Assembly (NCBI RefSeq): GCF_006345805.1
Contig: NC_042998.1
Span: 171,120,001-171,184,000 of the forward strand
DNA from: Octopus sinensis
Taxonomy: Eukaryota
Direction: 5' to 3'
DNA length: 64,000 bases
In this document: piece by piece, positions 61,699-64,000 of the stretch
How the letters are laid out: each line of letters begins with the position of its first letter
How positions within the stretch are numbered: the first letter of the stretch is position 1
Program-made: the position numbers and the translations under genes
Notes under the pieces: model-generated
Told to the model about the DNA's origin: nothing
What the model saw: the letters and a program-made list of their open reading frames with translations, nothing else
Database searches by the model: none

Positions 61699-63079
61699 GC
61701 TCGCAAAAAACCGATAATTCCCAAAACCGAGTTCAAGTATAAGTAATTCTCAAAACCGGTTTTCGCGGGTACTACTTAAGAAGAGTGGTCCCGGTGCGCG
61801 CACTCGCGCTACCTAGTCGTGACTAGTCGATCCTTACTTTGTGTTTTTGTGTTTTATTTACTTTGTCTAAAAAAATTATTTACTTTGTGTAAAAAAATTA
61901 TTTATTTTGTGTTTTATTTACTTTGCTAGGTAGTCGTTGTAGGATCGACAAGTCACGACTAGCTAGCGCGGATGCGCGAGTGCGCGCACCGGGATCACTC
62001 TTCTTAAATAGTACCCGAATTATTTAGAGATTTCAAATCCATCTGTTACCATCTTGGGCTCTTCATTCATTTTCTTCATTGCGCTTGTGTATTCACGAAT
62101 GAGTCCATTACCTTCATAAGTAGATGGGACAACAGTAACACTTGTTTTTAGGTTCCCTCCTATTTCATTTTCTTTGTATAATTCTGTTGTTCTCAGCATC
62201 ATGTTCAGGAAATAATCTCCTATATGTTTCTTCAGTATACTTCCTTAAATGTTGTTTCGTTAAAAAATAGAAAAGGTCCAGAAATTGACTCACCTTTAAA
62301 TTTCCTTGGGTTATGTAAATACTTCAAGAGAGTCAAGGTTTCGACATTTCTTCTCTTATTATATCTATGCATAAGTCTTTCACGAAGATTTAGAGCCAAA
62401 GGGTTGCCGACGATATTAAGTTTATTCAATAAAAATTCTATAGAATATTCCGCTTTCAGTAAACCCGTATCATCAGCGCAAATAGCCTTCAAAATAATTT
62501 CTATTGAACGCAGAATTTCATATAGTAAATTGAGAGATTTCCATTCTTCGTCAGCGACGGCATCTGTGGAAAGTTCTGCTCGTAGAGCATTTGGAATGCA
62601 GCTTTTCAATTTCAAAAATCTCTCAATCATATGGAATGTGCTTTTCCACCGAGTTCTACAATCCAGTACAACTTTATATTCTCTGTTATCAAAGTTCGCT
62701 CGTACAAAATCTTGCAAAATTTCATTTTTTGTAGGAGATTTACGGAAAAGTTTTGAAATTTTTCTTACGTTATTTAAAACTTTGTTAAATTCAGGTTTTA
62801 GCTGGGGAAAACAAGCATTTTCGTGAGCCAAATCTGTTTGACAAAGTATATCTTGTTGGCTTATATAATTTTTTTACACAAAGTAAATAATTTTTTTAAA
62901 ACAAAGTAAATAAAACACAAAAACACAAAGTAAGGATCGACTAGTCACGACTAGCTTGCGCGAGTGCGCGCACCGGGACCACTCTTCTTAAGTAGTACCC
63001 GCGAAAACCGGTTTTTAACCGGTTTTGAGAATTACTTATACTTGAACTCGGTTTGGGGAATTATCGGTTTTTTGCGAGC
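61699..63079. mobile_element. Composite fold-back element with about 200-bp inverted arms enclosing a hAT-type transposase fragment
   Basis: 61699-61900 is nearly identical to the reverse complement of 62866-63079. Confidence 0.85.
62232..62865 (-). pseudogene. hAT-family transposase fragment
   Basis: Open frame ..VRKISKLFRKSPTKNEILQ..VVLDCRTRWKSTFHMIERFLKLK.. (hAT TRWNS motif); truncated at both ends. Confidence 0.8.
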
Positions 63080-63174
63080 TTTGTCAGGTAGTAACCAACA
63101 ATTTTTTTATTTAAAATACTAGAATTGTAAGTGCAAGTCTGTCAGCACAATAGAGCATAGACTTCAAAAAAGGT

Positions 63175-63176
<2 letters not shown>

Positions 63177-63206
<30 letters not shown>

Positions 63207-63250
63207 TGTATGTATGTATGTATGTATGTATGTATGTATGTATGTATGTA
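63177..63250. repeat. (TATG)n microsatellite
   Basis: Directly visible. Confidence 0.97.
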
Positions 63251-63274
63251 TCTGTCTATTTATATATTGCCCTA

Positions 63275-64000
63275 GGATCTTTACCTTTTGACCGACAGAT
63301 TTAAAAAATAATTTTTTTGTAATTAAACACTTTCAGACTTCGTATACTGGTAGAATGTGTCATATAAAACTTCTTTTACTCTTAGCGTTTTTGAGAAAAG
63401 CTTATGTTTACGAAGTTATTTCGTTTTAAAGTTCTCGTATTTCGGTAATTTCAACCAATCAATGACGTGTATTCAGCTCAATAAAATTACTCCTGTTGTT
63501 TGTCAACAACAGCTTCCGGCAGAGTATATTTCGTTTGTCACTGTTATTTACGACATATTTCATCTCAATTACGTTTGTATGAATAAACGAGTGTATCTGA
63601 AGCATGTTTACTTCATGCCACCACCATAATCGTTTGTATTTCATTTAAAAATTTTTTTCTGTAACTCTAACATTAAAACCCCAACCCTAACCTTAACTCT
63701 AAAACCTTAACTCTAACCCTAACACCCTAGTCTTAACCCTAAAACCCTAACCCTAACTCTAAAACCTTAAAGCTAAAACCAGTACAAACGCACGAACGAT
63801 GTCATAAATAACAGTGACAAACGAAAAATACACCGCTGATAGTTGTTGACAAACAACGGCAGTAATTTTATTCAGCTGAATACACGTCATTAATTGGTTG
63901 AAATTACCGAAATACTACAACTTTAACAAGAAGTTACTCCCATAATACAGAATTTTCTCAACAACGCCATGAGTAAAAGATGTTTTTATGTGACACATTC
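63275..64000. mobile_element. GG-ended MITE (Merlin-like) subfamily C, runs off the window end
   Basis: Starts GGATCTTTACCTTTTGACCG; CCCTAA-variant core at about 63683-63775; opposite orientation to the 60825 copy; right TSD not visible. Confidence 0.8.

Noticed and set aside
61836-61925. Regularly spaced short repeats as a CRISPR-like array
   Set aside because: Eukaryotic context, no unique spacers; these are AT-rich MITE subrepeats
62224-62826. 200-aa plus-strand ORF
   Set aside because: Antisense to the hAT transposase frame, which carries the recognisable motifs
57920-63780. TTAGGG tracts as a true telomere or chromosome-fusion scar
   Set aside because: Tracts are short, degenerate, in both orientations, and mostly enclosed by MITE TIRs with TSDs

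Overview
AT-rich, microsatellite- and repeat-dense animal genomic DNA. The SINE families and TTAGGG-bearing MITEs suggest an octopus or other coleoid cephalopod; this is an inference, not confirmed. The only host protein gene I can build is a complete minus-strand Wee1 kinase: 10 coding exons from ATG 25964 to TAA 3246, all GT-AG, phases consistent, 1908 nt / 635 aa. It has an E2F/CCAAT/CHR-type promoter near 26.45-26.55 kb and a roughly 1.4-kb 3'UTR with CPE, Pumilio and hexamer motifs. The rest is a transposon mosaic: three SINE families; RTE, CR1-like, Tx1/L1, R4/Dong-like and Penelope remnants; Helitron, mariner and hAT fragments; and many MITEs with intact target-site duplications. Main leads: (1) two unrelated fold-back non-autonomous elements whose inverted arms carry decayed minimal hammerhead-ribozyme motifs of the Penelope-LTR type, one around a tRNA-like head and one with a U3-A8 core covariant, plus a Penelope GIY-YIG remnant nearby; (2) at least seven GG-ended MITE copies, six with verified 8-bp TSDs (Merlin-like), carrying internal telomere-like tracts, all in the right-hand 27 kb; (3) a CArG+CRE+2xAP-1 cluster with no identifiable gene; (4) loss of the conserved Wee-box Thr-Pro site in this Wee1. 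No hammerhead copy here has an intact catalytic core, so activity is a family-level hypothesis. Repeat-family names come from motif recognition, not database searches.
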